From the NCBI GenBank assembly GCA_019359495.1, contig JAHHHF010000091.1, positions 1-64,000 on the forward strand: a DNA stretch of 64,000 bases, read 5' to 3'. The notes beneath the pieces are model-generated. The model was not told the DNA's origin. It saw only the letters and a list, made by a program, of their open reading frames with translations, and searched no databases. This DNA comes from Goleter apudmare HA4340-LM2 (GTDB taxonomy: Bacteria; Cyanobacteriota; Cyanobacteriia; Cyanobacteriales; Nostocaceae). Made by a program: the position numbers and the translations under genes. Positions 51,980-62,936 of this stretch are shown piece by piece. Position 1 is the stretch's first letter; every line of letters begins with the position of its first letter.

Positions 51980-53506
51980 ATGATTGTAACTGGACAACAG
52001 CACAGCAATATGGGAGAAGAATCAATCTCCCTCCAACTGTCTCAACAACTGGGGATACTCCAGCGACTAAATCAACTTACCAACCAACGACTAACTAATA
52101 TCCCAGAACTGTTAGAACTGATGGTACAGGAAGTTTGCCATGGCATTGACAGTACACAGTTTTGCCTGATGGCGTTATGTGACAGCCAAACCCAACAGTT
52201 AGAATTAAGTGCCGCCGCCGGCGTAGGTATAGAAAAGTTGCCTTTCCTGAATTTACATAACAGCCTAGAATCTAGAGATACTTTCTGGGGGTGGCAGGAA
52301 AAATCAATTCCCTCACATCTACCGAGTATAGAATTAGGTTTATTACCACAGGTATTTGCCACAGGTGTTTCTCAGCTATTCCAAGGAAGTGGAGAACAAA
52401 CAGAGTCTGTTGTGGAAGAGTTTCCCTCATCTACTTCTCTCCCCGCCTTCTGTGCTTTTACCCCCTCATCAATGTATGCTGTGGCAATCAAGTCAGCGCA
52501 AGCGGGACACCTGGGAGTGTTGGCTATTGGTAATTGGGATCATCACCATGCTTTTGATGTCGCTACCCAGAAACTTTTAGATGCAGTCGGAGAAGTAGTA
52601 GCGATCGCCATCAATAATGCCAAAATGATTAAAGCTTTAGAAGAACGAGAAGAACGATTAGCCCAACAAAACGAAATTCTCTTCGCGCAAAATCGTGAAC
52701 TTGAAAAAACTCGACACCAAATTCAGTTACAGAATCTGCAACTTTTGGAAGCAGCAGAGTTAAAGTCTCAGTTTTTAGCTACCACTTCCCACGAACTCCG
52801 CACTCCCCTCAACGTGATTTTGGGTTTATCACAAGTGTTGTTGCGTCAACGCAATTCTACCTTATCTGAACCACAAGTAGAAATGGTGCAACGCATTTTG
52901 CATAATGGTAATCACCTGCTGGCAATTATTGACGATATGCTCTATTTTGCTAAAGTCGAAGCAGGTAGGCTGTCATTTCAAGTAGCAGAATTTGATTTAA
53001 CTACATTAATCTTCACAACCGTAGCTGAACACCGTTCTTTAGCAGAGGACAAATTCTTAGATTTGCAAGTAGAAGTTAATCTTGCTAGTCCCCTAGTTGT
53101 GAACGACAGTGCGCGCCTTAAACAGGTTTTAGTCAAGCTATTGTTAAATGCTATTAAGTTTACAGAAACTGGTAGCGTAGCCATAAAAGTATGGGAAATG
53201 GCTAGTGATAGAATTGCGATCGCTATTCAAGATACTGGCATAGGTATCGCTAATTCTGATCTGAGTGACATTTTTGAGCAATTTACGCAAGTTGATCAGA
53301 GTAATACGCGCCAGCATAATGGTATTGGTTTGGGACTAGCAATTACCAAATCACTAGTAGAAATTATGCAAGGCACCATCACCGTTACTAGTAAACTGGG
53401 TCAAGGTTCCACCTTCCGTATAGAATTGCCTAGGAAAATTAACTTTCAAGGTGGGAATTGGGCGGCTAAACAGCCCCACCAACCATCAAAGCGCATGATT
53501 TTTTAG
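51980..53506 (+). CDS. Sensor histidine kinase with N-terminal GAF-like domain (508 aa)
   Basis: HisKA H-box (TSHELRTPLNVILG) and HATPase_c N, G1 and G2 boxes (LLNAIKFT, QDTGIGI, GIGLGLAITKSLVE). Confidence 0.85.
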   Translation: MIVTGQQHSNMGEESISLQLSQQLGILQRLNQLTNQRLTNIPELLELMVQEVCHGIDSTQFCLMALCDSQTQQLELSAAAGVGIEKLPFLNLHNSLESRDTFWGWQEKSIPSHLPSIELGLLPQVFATGVSQLFQGSGEQTESVVEEFPSSTSLPAFCAFTPSSMYAVAIKSAQAGHLGVLAIGNWDHHHAFDVATQKLLDAVGEVVAIAINNAKMIKALEEREERLAQQNEILFAQNRELEKTRHQIQLQNLQLLEAAELKSQFLATTSHELRTPLNVILGLSQVLLRQRNSTLSEPQVEMVQRILHNGNHLLAIIDDMLYFAKVEAGRLSFQVAEFDLTTLIFTTVAEHRSLAEDKFLDLQVEVNLASPLVVNDSARLKQVLVKLLLNAIKFTETGSVAIKVWEMASDRIAIAIQDTGIGIANSDLSDIFEQFTQVDQSNTRQHNGIGLGLAITKSLVEIMQGTITVTSKLGQGSTFRIELPRKINFQGGNWAAKQPHQPSKRMIF

Positions 53507-54391
53507 TCATTGGTTAAGATTTCTAATAACTTCTACATCTAACTCAAATATCTCAGCCACTTCTTGTATACTCATTCCTCGTTGCAGCAGTTTTTTGATC
53601 ATTTCTTCTTTAACTTCCTGCTTAACTTCTTCTTTAACTTCCTGCTTAACTTCTTCTTTAACTTCCTGCTTAACTTCTTCTTTAACTTCCTGCTTAACTT
53701 CTTCTTTAACTTCCTGCTTAACTTCTTCCCTGGCTTCCTCTTTCAACTCTTGATATACTCTCGTACCCCTAATTAATTCTAGACTTAACATTTCTTTTAT
53801 CTCCTCTCTGCTCAAATTGGGAAACTTATTAACAAGAATAGCTTCTATTAATTCTAAAATTTTTCTTTGGATGGCGGCATCACTTACTTCCAGTCTTGCT
53901 TGATTAACTAGTTGTCTAACTGATTCTTTGGCTTTTTGCTTGCCTTCAACAATTAGTTTAATGATTCTTAATCCTAATGATTGGCTTGATGCGTCTTCCA
54001 TTTCATCAAGATAGAAGCAGCGTAGGTGCGGTGATTTCAAAGAATTAAGACGCTGAGGAAAGTCTACATCATTTGTACGCTCATCAAATATTACTATAGC
54101 ATACCAGGCAGAATTAGATGGTTGATATTGATAGAAGTAAAGCAGAATACTTGTTAAAAATCTGTCGTAAAAAAGTTTATCTTTGTAACATTGAACTTCT
54201 ACAAAATAAATTGGTTCGTTCGGCGAACTTTTTAAAGTTGAAAATATACCATCTAAGCGGAAGCTAGTTTCCTTAACTTCTTGGCTTTGAAATTCATAAA
54301 GATTGGGATTAGTCTCTGGTTTACCAATCAGTTCAAAAAAGATATTAGGAAATTCTTGAAAGAGTTTATAAAAAATCGTGTCTGTTTTCAT
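53507..54391 (-). CDS. Rpn-family recombination-promoting nuclease / PD-(D/E)xK putative transposase (about 294 aa) with internal (EEVKQEVK) repeat
   Basis: N-terminus KTDTIFYKLFQEFPNIFFELIG is the hallmark of cyanobacterial Rpn/YhgA-like proteins. C-terminal DUF4351-like tail. Seven in-frame copies of a 24-bp repeat at 53590-53745. Confidence 0.7.
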   Translation of the reverse strand: MKTDTIFYKLFQEFPNIFFELIGKPETNPNLYEFQSQEVKETSFRLDGIFSTLKSSPNEPIYFVEVQCYKDKLFYDRFLTSILLYFYQYQPSNSAWYAIVIFDERTNDVDFPQRLNSLKSPHLRCFYLDEMEDASSQSLGLRIIKLIVEGKQKAKESVRQLVNQARLEVSDAAIQRKILELIEAILVNKFPNLSREEIKEMLSLELIRGTRVYQELKEEAREEVKQEVKEEVKQEVKEEVKQEVKEEVKQEVKEEVKQEVKEEMIKKLLQRGMSIQEVAEIFELDVEVIRNLNQ

Positions 54392-54435
54392 GGAATTAGG
54401 GAATAGGGCATGTCTCATCTCTCTCCTGTATCTTC

Positions 54436-55332
54436 TCACTCTTTGCGTTCAGCTATTCTTAACTTGGCTGAACGCGATCGCGCATTGTTGACAATTTCTT
54501 CATCTTGTGCAGTAATTGGTTTTTTCGTCAACACTCGCAATAAGGGCGAATTTCTTAAACCATGTTTTACTAGTCGGTCTTCCAAACTATGAAAACTGAT
54601 AATGGCGATTTTACCACCGGGGACAAGGGCATTTGGTGCTTGCTCTATCAGAGTTTCTAGGGACTTTAACTCGTCGTTGACGACAATTCGCAGGGCTTGA
54701 AAAACACGAGTAGCCGGGTGAATTCTCCCATAACGGTATTTAGGAGGAACAGCAGAAGCGATCGCCTCTGCTAACGCTACAGTTGTAAGCAAGGGTCGTC
54801 TTTCAACTATCCTTCTAGCAATGCGCCGCGATAGTCTCTCTTCGCCGTACTTAAAGAAAATATCTGCTAACTCCCCTTCATCCCACTCATTAATCACATC
54901 AGCAGCAGTCAGGGATTGACGTTGATCCATTCGCATATCTAGATTAGCTGCGTGGCGAAAGCTAAAACCCCGTTCCGGCGTATCGAGATGGTAAGAACTC
55001 ACCCCCAAATCGGCAATAATTCCATCGAAAGTACTAGGCGGAAACTTGTAAGTGGCGAAATTACTATGGACAAATTGCACACGTTCCCCATACTCAGCTA
55101 AATACTTCTGGGCGGCTATTAAAGCATCCTCATCTTGGTCAATGGCTGTTAAATAAACATTCTCAGCCGCTTCTAAAATTAAGCGACTGTGTCCACCGCC
55201 GCCTACTGTCGCATCTAAATAATGTCCGCCGGGATGCACCGCCAAATCCTCAATCACCTCCCGACGCAACACGGGAATATGGGAAAAAGTAGATGCTTCT
55301 AAATTAAATGGTGTCTGGGAATCTGATTTCAT
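54436..55332 (-). CDS. rsmH: 16S rRNA (cytosine1402-N4)-methyltransferase RsmH/MraW (about 298 aa)
   Basis: Sequence [13 protein letters not shown]...[15 protein letters not shown] (SAM-binding) and conserved C-terminal region. The ORF runs further upstream to 55608 through a repeat element; start chosen at MKSDSQ. Confidence 0.85.
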   Translation of the reverse strand: MKSDSQTPFNLEASTFSHIPVLRREVIEDLAVHPGGHYLDATVGGGGHSRLILEAAENVYLTAIDQDEDALIAAQKYLAEYGERVQFVHSNFATYKFPPSTFDGIIADLGVSSYHLDTPERGFSFRHAANLDMRMDQRQSLTAADVINEWDEGELADIFFKYGEERLSRRIARRIVERRPLLTTVALAEAIASAVPPKYRYGRIHPATRVFQALRIVVNDELKSLETLIEQAPNALVPGGKIAIISFHSLEDRLVKHGLRNSPLLRVLTKKPITAQDEEIVNNARSRSAKLRIAERKE

Positions 55333-55965
55333 TTTAAATTGGGCATTGGGCATTGGGTATTGTAATGGTTGTACTAGTTTATAGTACAGCACGGCGGAAA
55401 TAGCGCAAAGTTGAGCCAGTGTGTTGGACGGGTTCCCAAGGCAGCCGCTTGCGGGGGTTCCCCCCGTTGTGCGGACTGTCGCCGGATTAAAGGAGGCGGT
55501 GCGTTCGGTCGCCAGACTTGTTCGCGCAGCGTCTCCCCTTGGGAGAAGCAACTGCCGTTGGCGGTGTCGGTTTCCGTTCCGCCAAACTTTGTAAGAGAGA
55601 CATACCATTCAAAATCTCTGAAAACCTTACGCTGTATTCATTTTGAATTTTGAATTCACGGCGGTACTAGCCCCCAGTCCCTAACCCTGATTCCCTTTTT
55701 GGATAACCATCAAGAAAAAATTATGATGCTGCAATCCTTTGTATATCGAGGTTCCATATAATAGTTGAAGAAGTGCAACAAAATGAAACATCAACCAACC
55801 AACCAACAGATATCTGCTGCCCTCTTCTCTCCAACATACCCCTGTAGAAGCAATTTCTGTATTGTCTCGATGAAGCTTATTTTGGCAGATACGATAAATT
55901 GGTTCTGGTTGGCATCTACGCGGTCCAAATCACATTTTTCATGAACGGGAGAACACAGAAAATCT

Positions 55966-57150
55966 ATGGCAAGAATAGAAACCCGCACTGAACCTATGGT
56001 GCTCAATATGGGACCGCACCATCCCTCAATGCACGGCGTTCTGCGGCTTATTGTCACCCTGGATGGCGAGGATGTCATTGATTGCGAACCGGTAATTGGC
56101 TACCTGCACCGGGGGATGGAAAAAATTGCGGAAAACCGCACCACAATTATGTACGTTCCCTATGTTAGTCGCTGGGACTACGCAGCTGGGATGTTCAACG
56201 AAGCAGTCACCGTCAACGCACCAGAAAAACTAGCAGGTGTGGCTGTTCCAAAACGCGCTAGTTACATCCGCGTCATTATGCTGGAATTGAACCGCATTGC
56301 CAACCACTTGCTATGGTTCGGCCCATTCCTCGCTGACGTGGGCGCTCAAACTCCCTTCTTCTATCAGTTCCGTGAACGGGAGATGATTTATGATCTTTGG
56401 GAAGCCGCTACTGGTTATCGGATGGTAAATAACAACTACTTCCGGGTTGGGGGTGTAGCTGCTGATTTACCTTACGGTTGGGTAGATAAGTGTTTAGAAT
56501 TCTGTGATTACTTACTCCCTAAAATAGATGAGTACGAAAAGTTAGTCACCAATAACCCCATCTTCCGCCGCCGTGTTGAGGGTATTGGTACTATCACCCG
56601 TGAAGAAGCAATTAACTGGGGTCTTTCTGGGCCAATGTTAAGAGGTTCTGGGGTGAAGTGGGATTTGCGGAAAGTTGACCACTACGAATGTTACGACGAT
56701 TTTGACTGGGAAGTGCAGTGGGAAACTGCCGGTGATTGTTTTGCGCGTTATTTGGTGCGGATGCGTGAAATGCGTGAATCTGTGAAGATTATTCGCCAAG
56801 CAATTAAAGGACTTCCCGGCGGCCCTTATGAGAATCTGGAAGCCAAGCGTAAGGCGGCTGGGAAAAAATCAGAATGGGATGCTTTCGATTACCAATACAT
56901 TGGTAAGAAGGTTTCGCCTTCCTTTAAAATTCCCAAGGGTGAAATTTATGCCCGTGTCGAAAGTGGTAAAGGTGAACTGGGAATTTATTTAGTTGGTGAT
57001 GATAATGTCTTCCCTGCACGCTGGAAGATTCGCCCAGCCGATTTCAACAATCTGCAAATTCTCCCTCATTTGTTGCGGGGGATGAAGGTGGCAGATATTG
57101 TGGTCATTCTCGGCAGTATTGATGTGATCATGGGTTCTGTAGACAGATAA
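55966..57150 (+). CDS. ndhH: NAD(P)H-quinone oxidoreductase subunit H (NDH-1 49-kDa subunit)
   Basis: Sequence [28 protein letters not shown]...[13 protein letters not shown] is canonical NdhH/NuoD. Confidence 0.9.
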   Translation: MARIETRTEPMVLNMGPHHPSMHGVLRLIVTLDGEDVIDCEPVIGYLHRGMEKIAENRTTIMYVPYVSRWDYAAGMFNEAVTVNAPEKLAGVAVPKRASYIRVIMLELNRIANHLLWFGPFLADVGAQTPFFYQFREREMIYDLWEAATGYRMVNNNYFRVGGVAADLPYGWVDKCLEFCDYLLPKIDEYEKLVTNNPIFRRRVEGIGTITREEAINWGLSGPMLRGSGVKWDLRKVDHYECYDDFDWEVQWETAGDCFARYLVRMREMRESVKIIRQAIKGLPGGPYENLEAKRKAAGKKSEWDAFDYQYIGKKVSPSFKIPKGEIYARVESGKGELGIYLVGDDNVFPARWKIRPADFNNLQILPHLLRGMKVADIVVILGSIDVIMGSVDR

Positions 57151-57257
57151 CTCAGATACTCGATTTCTTCAAGGATACAGATGGGGAATGGGGGGGAAAA
57201 CTCCTCATAAACCCCAAACATGGAAGCTGGGCGAACAACCGTTCGCCCCTACGTTTA

Positions 57258-58331
57258 TCAATCAAATTTTAAAACTGATACAGCTAGTTCAATATTTAAA
57301 CTTAAATATTTATCTAAGGGTATGTACATCCAATGCAAAGGTAGTAGTGGGTCTTGGTTGGTTTTTTGAAACCCTAGGGCTGATACTAACTGTTCATCAC
57401 CTGGATGCATGACTAAGGTATACATATCGCAAAGATTAGGAAAATCAGCTTGCATCCGCACTAATGTTTTTTTTGCATCTTGTAAGAATTCACAAACATT
57501 AATTTGCTGTTTATAGGCTAAGTCAATCTGCCAACTGCGGATAAAAATAGAAGTACAATGGCGATCGCCTGGTATCGCAATTTGTAAGGGGTCATTGTCC
57601 CAGGTGGCGCTGAGGTGAAGACTGTGGCGCGGCGGGAGAAAGAAATTTGCTTCTGATTCCCTAGATACAGGATACAAAATGTAAAAACCCACAGCATCCT
57701 GAGTATCATAGCGACGCAGTACCCGCATCCCAGTGGGATATTGCTGTGCCCAACCACGGATGATTCTGGCAATTCTTTGGGGTAAGGCAATAGTTTTTTT
57801 ATTCATCCAGTTGTAGTTGCGAGCGAGAAAACTGGCAACAGGGATGGCGTCAATGCGGGGATTAAAGTTATCTGCTACAAGCTTTATCGACTTTTCAACT
57901 GGTTCTGAGTTATGGAGATTTGGCAATAAAGACCGAATCCGAATACAGGTAGTATTGCCATCAAAATCTTTTTCAATTAATCCCAACGCTACGAACTTAT
58001 CAATCATCATACCCGCAGAGCGATCGCTCCCCCGGTCTTGATCACCATAGAAAATTTCTTGCGCTTCTCGATGGGTACACGCAATAAACCCCTCTGGTAA
58101 CTCTAGTTGAGTTAAAGGTTGCTGTAAGGGCTTCCCCAGTTCTTGCTGTTGTTTCAGCAGCAAATAAGCCCATAACTTCACAAAATACTCAGACCGACGG
58201 CGCGTTAAACCAACCCGCCCTTGCAACTGAGAAACATATTTACGCTGTTGCTGAACTGGGAACCACTGGTCAATGTTTCCTGGATTCATACGGTAGGACT
58301 CCTGGCGGGTGTTCCAACCTTGTGGCTGCAC
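57258..58331 (-). CDS. Hypothetical protein (357 aa), divergent from a LuxR-type regulator gene
   Basis: Long ORF with good coding appearance. No motif recognised. Confidence 0.45.
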   Translation of the reverse strand: MQPQGWNTRQESYRMNPGNIDQWFPVQQQRKYVSQLQGRVGLTRRRSEYFVKLWAYLLLKQQQELGKPLQQPLTQLELPEGFIACTHREAQEIFYGDQDRGSDRSAGMMIDKFVALGLIEKDFDGNTTCIRIRSLLPNLHNSEPVEKSIKLVADNFNPRIDAIPVASFLARNYNWMNKKTIALPQRIARIIRGWAQQYPTGMRVLRRYDTQDAVGFYILYPVSRESEANFFLPPRHSLHLSATWDNDPLQIAIPGDRHCTSIFIRSWQIDLAYKQQINVCEFLQDAKKTLVRMQADFPNLCDMYTLVMHPGDEQLVSALGFQKTNQDPLLPLHWMYIPLDKYLSLNIELAVSVLKFD

Positions 58332-58537
58332 CCTTGATGCTAGTTACATACTTAACTTCAAAGAAACTTCACCCTACTTCTGGTAGATTCCGCAAACCTG
58401 CATTGACCAGGTTTAACTTCAGATCTGTTACCAAGCTAGCAGCCCACTCATTGGATCTACATAGTCTCAACCATCAAAATTCAGCCAAACACCTGATTGA
58501 TTTTGCTTTTCATGCTGAATTTTGGAGGAATTCTACA

Positions 58538-59134
58538 ATGTTACTTTCAGATGTCAAGAAAGATTCTAACTTTGCATCTATACCCACTCACACATTACAG
58601 CCTGATTTACTACGGTCTGTAATTGCCAGTTTTATTGATGGTATCTTAATATTGACAATTGAATGTGAGTTAATTCATGCTAATAGATATGCCCATGACA
58701 TTTGTCATCAATTAATTTCAAAAAACACTACTAGTAATGTAGTTCCCGATGAAATTTGGTGTGTTTGTCAATCATTAATGGAGAGTCGTGAGTTATTTAC
58801 TGTCGAATCTGAAGTTACCACAAAACAGGGGATGAAATTCCGGATTCGTGCTAGATGGTTACAATTGGGTGGAGATAATTATGACTTATTGTTAGTGACT
58901 GTAGAAGATTACAATCAATATACTCAAAGTTTGGCGATCGCCGATGCGAAGAAGTACCATTTAACAGACCGCGAAACGCAAGTTTGGCTATTGCGTCGAG
59001 CTAATTACTCTTATCAAGAGATTGCCACTCGACTTTACATTACCATCAATACTGTCAAAAAGCATTTGCAAAATATTTACGCCAAGCAACGAAGTTTATT
59101 TTGTCCAAATTCCTATGGAGAAATGCCAAATTAA
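58538..59134 (+). CDS. LuxR-family (HTH_LuxR) transcriptional regulator (about 198 aa)
   Basis: C-terminal LTDRETQVWLLRRANYSYQEIATRLYITINTVKKHLQNIYAK. Start at ATG 58538, preceded by GGAGG. Confidence 0.6.
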   Translation: MLLSDVKKDSNFASIPTHTLQPDLLRSVIASFIDGILILTIECELIHANRYAHDICHQLISKNTTSNVVPDEIWCVCQSLMESRELFTVESEVTTKQGMKFRIRARWLQLGGDNYDLLLVTVEDYNQYTQSLAIADAKKYHLTDRETQVWLLRRANYSYQEIATRLYITINTVKKHLQNIYAKQRSLFCPNSYGEMPN

Positions 59135-59614
59135 GAGTTTGTAGCTGAATCAAGCTATGATTTTGAATGGTAGATTTTGGCAGCAACTCAAATGTGTAAA
59201 CTTATTTTTTTGTAGTGATGGCTCTCTAGCCCGCTTCCTGGACATTAGGTAGCAAGATGCTCCCACTACAAATTTTATTTTTGCAAAATTGGGATGCTCC
59301 CGATTTTGGCAGCAAGTCAAAACCATTTTTTCTCAAAAAAACACAAAACGCTATATGAATAAAACTTTAATAACTCTCACTAGTAGCTCATTTATAGTTG
59401 CTATGGTATGCAATTTCTCTATATCGAAAGCAGCATTCTCTGATATTCAAAATAAATTTGCCAAGCAGTGCATTGCTCGTTGGTGGTAAATGGATACAAA
59501 ATATTGGTTTTGATAGCTCTAATGTTCCCATTATTGACTACTCCTTCCAAGGAGGTAAATGGGGATATATTCGCTCACCCCTAACGGGTTTATGATCTGT
59601 TAAATACCTGTTTT

Positions 59615-60607
59615 ATGCCAATTACTTATAGCCCTGCTTACACAATTGTCCCCACTTACGAATGCTTTAATCGCTGTACTTACTGCAACTTTCGCACTGA
59701 TCCAGGTAAAAGTCCTTGGATAGAATTATCAACAGCAAGCAATATTTTGCAACAACTTCAAAGTCAAAATATTTGTGAAATTCTCATCCTCAGTGGTGAA
59801 GTACACCCGCATTCACCAAAGCGTGAGGCGTGGTTACAGCGAATTTATGATTTATGTGAATTAGCACTGTCAATGGGGTTTCTACCGCATACAAACGCCG
59901 GCCCGTTGAGTTTTCTGGAAATGCAGAAGCTCAAGCAAGTAAATGTTTCAATGGGTTTAATGTTAGAACAACTAACACCAACTTTGTTAAATACTGTGCA
60001 TCGACACGCGCCAAGTAAAATACCAGCAGTGCGTTTACAACAATTACAATGGGCAGGAGAGTTACAAATTCCCTTTACTACGGGATTATTATTAGGAATT
60101 GGTGAAACATTTGATGATTGTTGGGAAACATTGACAGCTATATCTAATATTCATCAAACATATCATCACATCCAAGAAGTCATTTTACAACCCCACAGCC
60201 CAGGACATCAGCAAAGTTTTGATGCACCACCATTTAACCCTCATCAACTACCAGAAATAATTACTCAAGCGCGTAAAATTTTACCAGCAGATATTACCAT
60301 TCAAATTCCACCGAATTTAGTTAAAGATGACCAATGGTTACTCGCTTGTATAGCAGCTGGTGCGAGAGATTTAGGCGGAATTGGGCCAAAAGACGAAGTG
60401 AATCCTGATTATCCTCATCTCCAAGAGCAGACACTGAGAGCAATTTTACAACCTGCGGGGTGGGAATTAGTACCGCGTTTGCCCGTTTATCCCCAATTTG
60501 ATGATTGGTTGTTTGGGGAGTTGAAGGCACAGGTGAAGCGATCGCGCCCTATTGTAATGAAGCAAACTATCGACAGGGCGAACAACCGTTCACCCTTACA
60601 CTTGTGA
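59615..60607 (+). CDS. cofG: 7,8-didemethyl-8-hydroxy-5-deazariboflavin (FO) synthase subunit CofG, radical SAM (330 aa)
   Basis: Radical-SAM CxxxCxxC (CFNRCTYC) near the N-terminus and CofG-type downstream sequence. Confidence 0.8.
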   Translation: MPITYSPAYTIVPTYECFNRCTYCNFRTDPGKSPWIELSTASNILQQLQSQNICEILILSGEVHPHSPKREAWLQRIYDLCELALSMGFLPHTNAGPLSFLEMQKLKQVNVSMGLMLEQLTPTLLNTVHRHAPSKIPAVRLQQLQWAGELQIPFTTGLLLGIGETFDDCWETLTAISNIHQTYHHIQEVILQPHSPGHQQSFDAPPFNPHQLPEIITQARKILPADITIQIPPNLVKDDQWLLACIAAGARDLGGIGPKDEVNPDYPHLQEQTLRAILQPAGWELVPRLPVYPQFDDWLFGELKAQVKRSRPIVMKQTIDRANNRSPLHL

Positions 60608-60633
60608 CTTGTTTACCTGACGGATGCAGTAAA

Positions 60634-62676
60634 CTACTTGCCGTTACCGTTGCCATTACCATTACTCGCAAGGACACGTTCAGCGAGTTTTTCTGGTACT
60701 TCTTGGAGATGGTCATATTCCCAGTGGAAAGAACCAACACCAAGAGTTTGCGATCGCAACTCTACAATAAAGTTTTGCATCTCTGCTTGGGGCAAGTAAG
60801 CGGAAATATTATCCCAACCTTGCCAATCATGTCTGCCTTCGTAACCTAAAATTTGCCCTCGTCTACCACTCAACAGTTGCAGCACTTTGGAGGTAAATTC
60901 ATTGGGGGTTGTGACCTGTACACGCAAAATTGGTTCTAGTAAGGTGGGTTGGGCTTTAGGTATCCCCGTTTGCATGGCGAGGCGGGCGGCTTGCTTGAAG
61001 GCTTGTTCGGAACTATCGACACTGTGGTAAGAACCGTTGGTTAAAGTTACCGCCACATCTACCATTGGGAAGCCCAAAGGCCCGTGTGTGAGAAATTCTC
61101 GTACACCCATTTCCACACCAGGGATATACTGTTTAGGCACAACACCCCCCACAATGGTTTCCCGGAAGTTAAAGCCTTCGCCCCGTGGTAGGGGTTGGAT
61201 ATCTAAAAAGACATCTCCAAACTGTCCGTGTCCACCGCTTTGGTGCTTGTAACGCCCATGAACAGCAGCTACAGGTTTGCGGATGGTTTCTTTGTACGGT
61301 ACTTGTGGTGAGTGGGTGGTCATCGCCAAGTTATATTTCCGGCGCAGTCTGTCTAAGGCGACTTGCAAATGAATCTCGCCTTGACCCCACAGGATAACTT
61401 CGTGGGTGTCGCCGTGTTGTTCCCAAGCCAGGGAAGGATCTTCTTCTAGAAGCTTAGTGATAGCGCTGCTGAGTTTCACTTCATCGTTGCGCTTTTCAGG
61501 AGTAATGGCGAGGGCATACACTGGTTCCAACTGTTCGGCTTTGGGTAATTCTTTGACCGATGCTGAATCTGTGAAGAGTGTATCTCCGGTTTTGATTCCT
61601 TCTAAACGGCTGACAGCCACAATCTCGCCAGCATCAACTTCATTCACTGACTGTTGCTGTTGTCCCATGAGGCGATAAATTCCCCCTGCACGAATACCGT
61701 TGAGAACTATGCCATCAGTTAATTTACCTTGCCAAACCCGCACTAAAGAAAGTTTGCCACCTTGGGGGGTGTAATAAGTTTTTAATACTTGCGCTGTGGG
61801 GTGAGGGCCTTTTTTAGTTAAGCGACGTTCTGCCGTGATTTCTGGTTCGGGGGCTTCTCTTAATAAGGCTTCTAGTAAAGGTCTAACACCATAATCTTGT
61901 TCAGCTACACCAAAAAAAACTGGTACAACTAAATCTGCCCCTAATTCCATTTTCAGGTCTTGGAGGATTTCTTCTTGGGGCGGTTCAATATCTTCTAAAA
62001 GTTCTTCGAGTAAGTGGTCATCAAAATTTGCCAGGGCTTCTAGCATTTCTGCCCGTGCTTGGTGTTCTTCGGCTTTGAGGTTTTCGGGGAAGGGAATCGG
62101 GTCAGCAGGTGCGCCTGTATGGTATTGATAGGCTTGTTCGCTCACCATATCAATAAAGCCTGTGAGCTGTTCCCCTTGCATAATGGGGTATTGGTGGGCT
62201 ACCAGGGGCCGGCTAGAAACGGCTTTGAGGGCATGTAATGTTTCTAAAACGTGAATATTTGCCCGATCCATTTTGTTCACAAAGACGAGGTGGGGAATTT
62301 CCCAGTCGTCGAGGAATTTAAATAGGGGCGCTAAGGTGAGAACTCGCTCGCGTATGGGTTCACAAACTACAATTGCCGCATCTACGCCCATTAAAGCGTT
62401 ATAGGTTTCTTGGGCAAATTCCACGGAACCCGGACAGTCTATAAAAGTAAAGCGAGTACCGCTATACTCAGTACTCGCTGCACTTACTTCTACACTCATC
62501 CGGCGATCGCGTGACTCATTTGCACTATCACCGATGGTGTTACCATCCTTAACACTGCCCTTGCGAGAAATTGCTCCTGTGACAAATAACAAACTTTCTA
62601 GTAAAGTAGTTTTTCCACTTAAATAAGGGCCGACAATTGCCACATTCCGTGAACCCGATTTTACTTTTTCGTTCAT
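60634..62676 (-). CDS. Elongation factor G paralog (EF-G-like GTPase, 680 aa)
   Basis: G1 (VGPYLSGKTT), G3 (DCPGSVEF) and G4 (NKMD) motifs, then EF-G domains II-V. C-terminal NGNGNGNGK microsatellite-encoded tail. Confidence 0.8.
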   Translation of the reverse strand: MNEKVKSGSRNVAIVGPYLSGKTTLLESLLFVTGAISRKGSVKDGNTIGDSANESRDRRMSVEVSAASTEYSGTRFTFIDCPGSVEFAQETYNALMGVDAAIVVCEPIRERVLTLAPLFKFLDDWEIPHLVFVNKMDRANIHVLETLHALKAVSSRPLVAHQYPIMQGEQLTGFIDMVSEQAYQYHTGAPADPIPFPENLKAEEHQARAEMLEALANFDDHLLEELLEDIEPPQEEILQDLKMELGADLVVPVFFGVAEQDYGVRPLLEALLREAPEPEITAERRLTKKGPHPTAQVLKTYYTPQGGKLSLVRVWQGKLTDGIVLNGIRAGGIYRLMGQQQQSVNEVDAGEIVAVSRLEGIKTGDTLFTDSASVKELPKAEQLEPVYALAITPEKRNDEVKLSSAITKLLEEDPSLAWEQHGDTHEVILWGQGEIHLQVALDRLRRKYNLAMTTHSPQVPYKETIRKPVAAVHGRYKHQSGGHGQFGDVFLDIQPLPRGEGFNFRETIVGGVVPKQYIPGVEMGVREFLTHGPLGFPMVDVAVTLTNGSYHSVDSSEQAFKQAARLAMQTGIPKAQPTLLEPILRVQVTTPNEFTSKVLQLLSGRRGQILGYEGRHDWQGWDNISAYLPQAEMQNFIVELRSQTLGVGSFHWEYDHLQEVPEKLAERVLASNGNGNGNGK

Positions 62677-62936
62677 AAAACCTCCCTTGCGGTGAATTTC
62701 TTATGACCGCACTATCCTGTGTCTTTCAAGGATTCAAGATGGTTCTCTGAAAGGAGAATCATCCCCTCTTTAACTTGTTATTATCCTCCCTTTAATCTGA
62801 GGAGAAAAAAATTGTAGTTTGTTGTAAGATTATTCTAAATAAAAGTTAATAAATACAAACTTTAATCGCTAAGTTTTAACTTTTGTAAACCATCCTCGGC
62901 TGAAAAAAACTTTTCGTGAACTAAACTTAACCCCAA

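Noticed and set aside
53564-53776. 70-aa plus-strand ORF (FFNFLLN)n
   Set aside because: Mirror-frame artefact of the 24-bp repeat inside the minus-strand Rpn gene.
55333-55608. 92-codon N-terminal extension of the rsmH ORF
   Set aside because: The extension is translated from a GC-rich interspersed repeat element (55390-55650). A conserved RsmH N-terminus begins at MKSDSQ (55332).
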